Assembly (NCBI GenBank): GCA_947168045.1
Contig: CAMVKN010000003.1
Coordinates: 29,071 to 93,070 of the forward strand
From: an uncultured Prevotellaceae bacterium
GTDB lineage: Bacteria > Bacteroidota > Bacteroidia > Bacteroidales > Bacteroidaceae
Direction of reading: 5' to 3'
DNA length: 64,000 nt
Shown here piece after piece: positions 63,350 through 64,000 of the stretch; position 1 is the first letter of the stretch; each line of letters opens with the position of its first letter. The position numbers and the translations under genes are program-made. The notes below the pieces were generated by a model. The model did no database searches and was not told the origin of the DNA. It saw only the letters and a program-made list of their open reading frames with translations.

Positions 63350-64000
63350 TTACTTCACCATCAGCTTGCGTACTTGACCGTTGGTGACGATGATGTTCAT
63401 GCCACGCTGCAGACGGTTGGTCTTGACACCTGAGAGGGTGTAGATGCCGTCGGCCATAGCGCCGTTGTTGACGGTGACGGTGGCGATGCCCGACTCAATG
63501 GGTCCGGCCCATCCAGCGTTGTCGCCCATGGCGGTGAGTGTCAGCGTCCAGCCACCCACTGAGTACCATGTACCGGCGAAGACCTTCTCAGTCTGGCTGG
63601 CTTCAGTACCACACATGGTGCCGATGGTCAGCTCATGGTTGGTCACCACGATGTTTGCCATCTCCTGGTGCTTCCATCCGCGGCCGTTGCCGCTGTTGGC
63701 GTTGTAGATAGCCCACTGCGTGTCGTCGGCAGTACCGTCGTTGACAGCCTGCTCAGCCTGTGCCCAGATGGGTCCGTGCTGGTCGCTGGCAATGATGACG
63801 GTGTCTTCGCCCAGCTCAGTGTAGGTGTTGTAGTAGTCAAGAGGAATCTCAACGAAGGTGGTGTCGGCAGCCACGGCGTTGAAGATGTAGGCACCCTCAG
63901 CAGGTGTACGGGTGTAGACACCCACGGTGTAGGTACCGTTGGGGATGTTCTTGACAGTCTGCGAGACCTTGAAGCCAGCCAGTCCGGCGCTGTTGTAGCT
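63350..64000 (-). CDS. Secreted protein with T9SS C-terminal sorting domain (5' part outside window)
   Basis: C-terminus DGIYTLSGVKTNRLQRGMNIIVTNGQVRKLMVK resembles Por/T9SS CTD tails. The reading frame stays open to the window edge. Confidence 0.55.
   Translation of the reverse strand, partial: SYNSAGLAGFKVSQTVKNIPNGTYTVGVYTRTPAEGAYIFNAVAADTTFVEIPLDYYNTYTELGEDTVIIASDQHGPIWAQAEQAVNDGTADDTQWAIYNANSGNGRGWKHQEMANIVVTNHELTIGTMCGTEASQTEKVFAGTWYSVGGWTLTLTAMGDNAGWAGPIESGIATVTVNNGAMADGIYTLSGVKTNRLQRGMNIIVTNGQVRKLMVK

Overview
This looks like a Bacteroidales-type chromosome. The evidence is TTTG/TAnnTTTG promoters, a T9SS C-terminal sorting tail, an HU/VirE-like cassette and gtrAB. There are four blocks. 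(1) 1-30160 is about 30 kb of a temperate tailed prophage, almost all on the minus strand. It carries capsid, ClpP-like protease, tape measure and terminase genes. It also has a ParB-like / helicase-methylase / glycosyltransferase-like cluster, PcfJ/PcfK-like genes, SNF2 + VRR-NUC, SSB, a Rad52-like annealase + PD-(D/E)XK exonuclease, and small early genes. It ends in a divergent S24 CI-type repressor, a lipoprotein and five tandem 31-bp palindromic units. No integrase or att duplication is visible in the window. (2) 30544-31053 is msrA. (3) 31128-50013 is a visibly AT-richer plus-strand defence island and the most interesting part. It starts with a WYL regulator, then a TPR + CSD/S1-like protein translationally coupled to an SF1B RecD/Pif1-like helicase. 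Next comes a type III-D-like CRISPR-Cas operon: cas6, a 481-aa HD-less cas10 that keeps SGDD, cas7, csx10/cas5 with a Cas11-sized tail, cas7-2x, a csx19-like gene, and cas7-insertion with a 285-aa tail. The operon ends with a CARF-HEPN Csx1 fused to an extra C-terminal domain. There is no cas1/cas2. The array has 53 repeats and 52 spacers, with the leader next to the cas genes. (4) 50253-64000 is GC-richer. It holds two paralogous small proteins + a Pif1-like helicase-TPR fusion, a DnaB_C-only gene bracketed by 67-bp direct repeats, HU, and a VirE-like primase flanked by 97-nt inverted repeats. It also holds a gtrA-gtrB-phosphatase-GtrC-like cluster with intragenic tandem repeats, nadA, a phased DnaA-box array and a T9SS cargo gene. 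All functional calls come from motifs read by eye; no database search was run.
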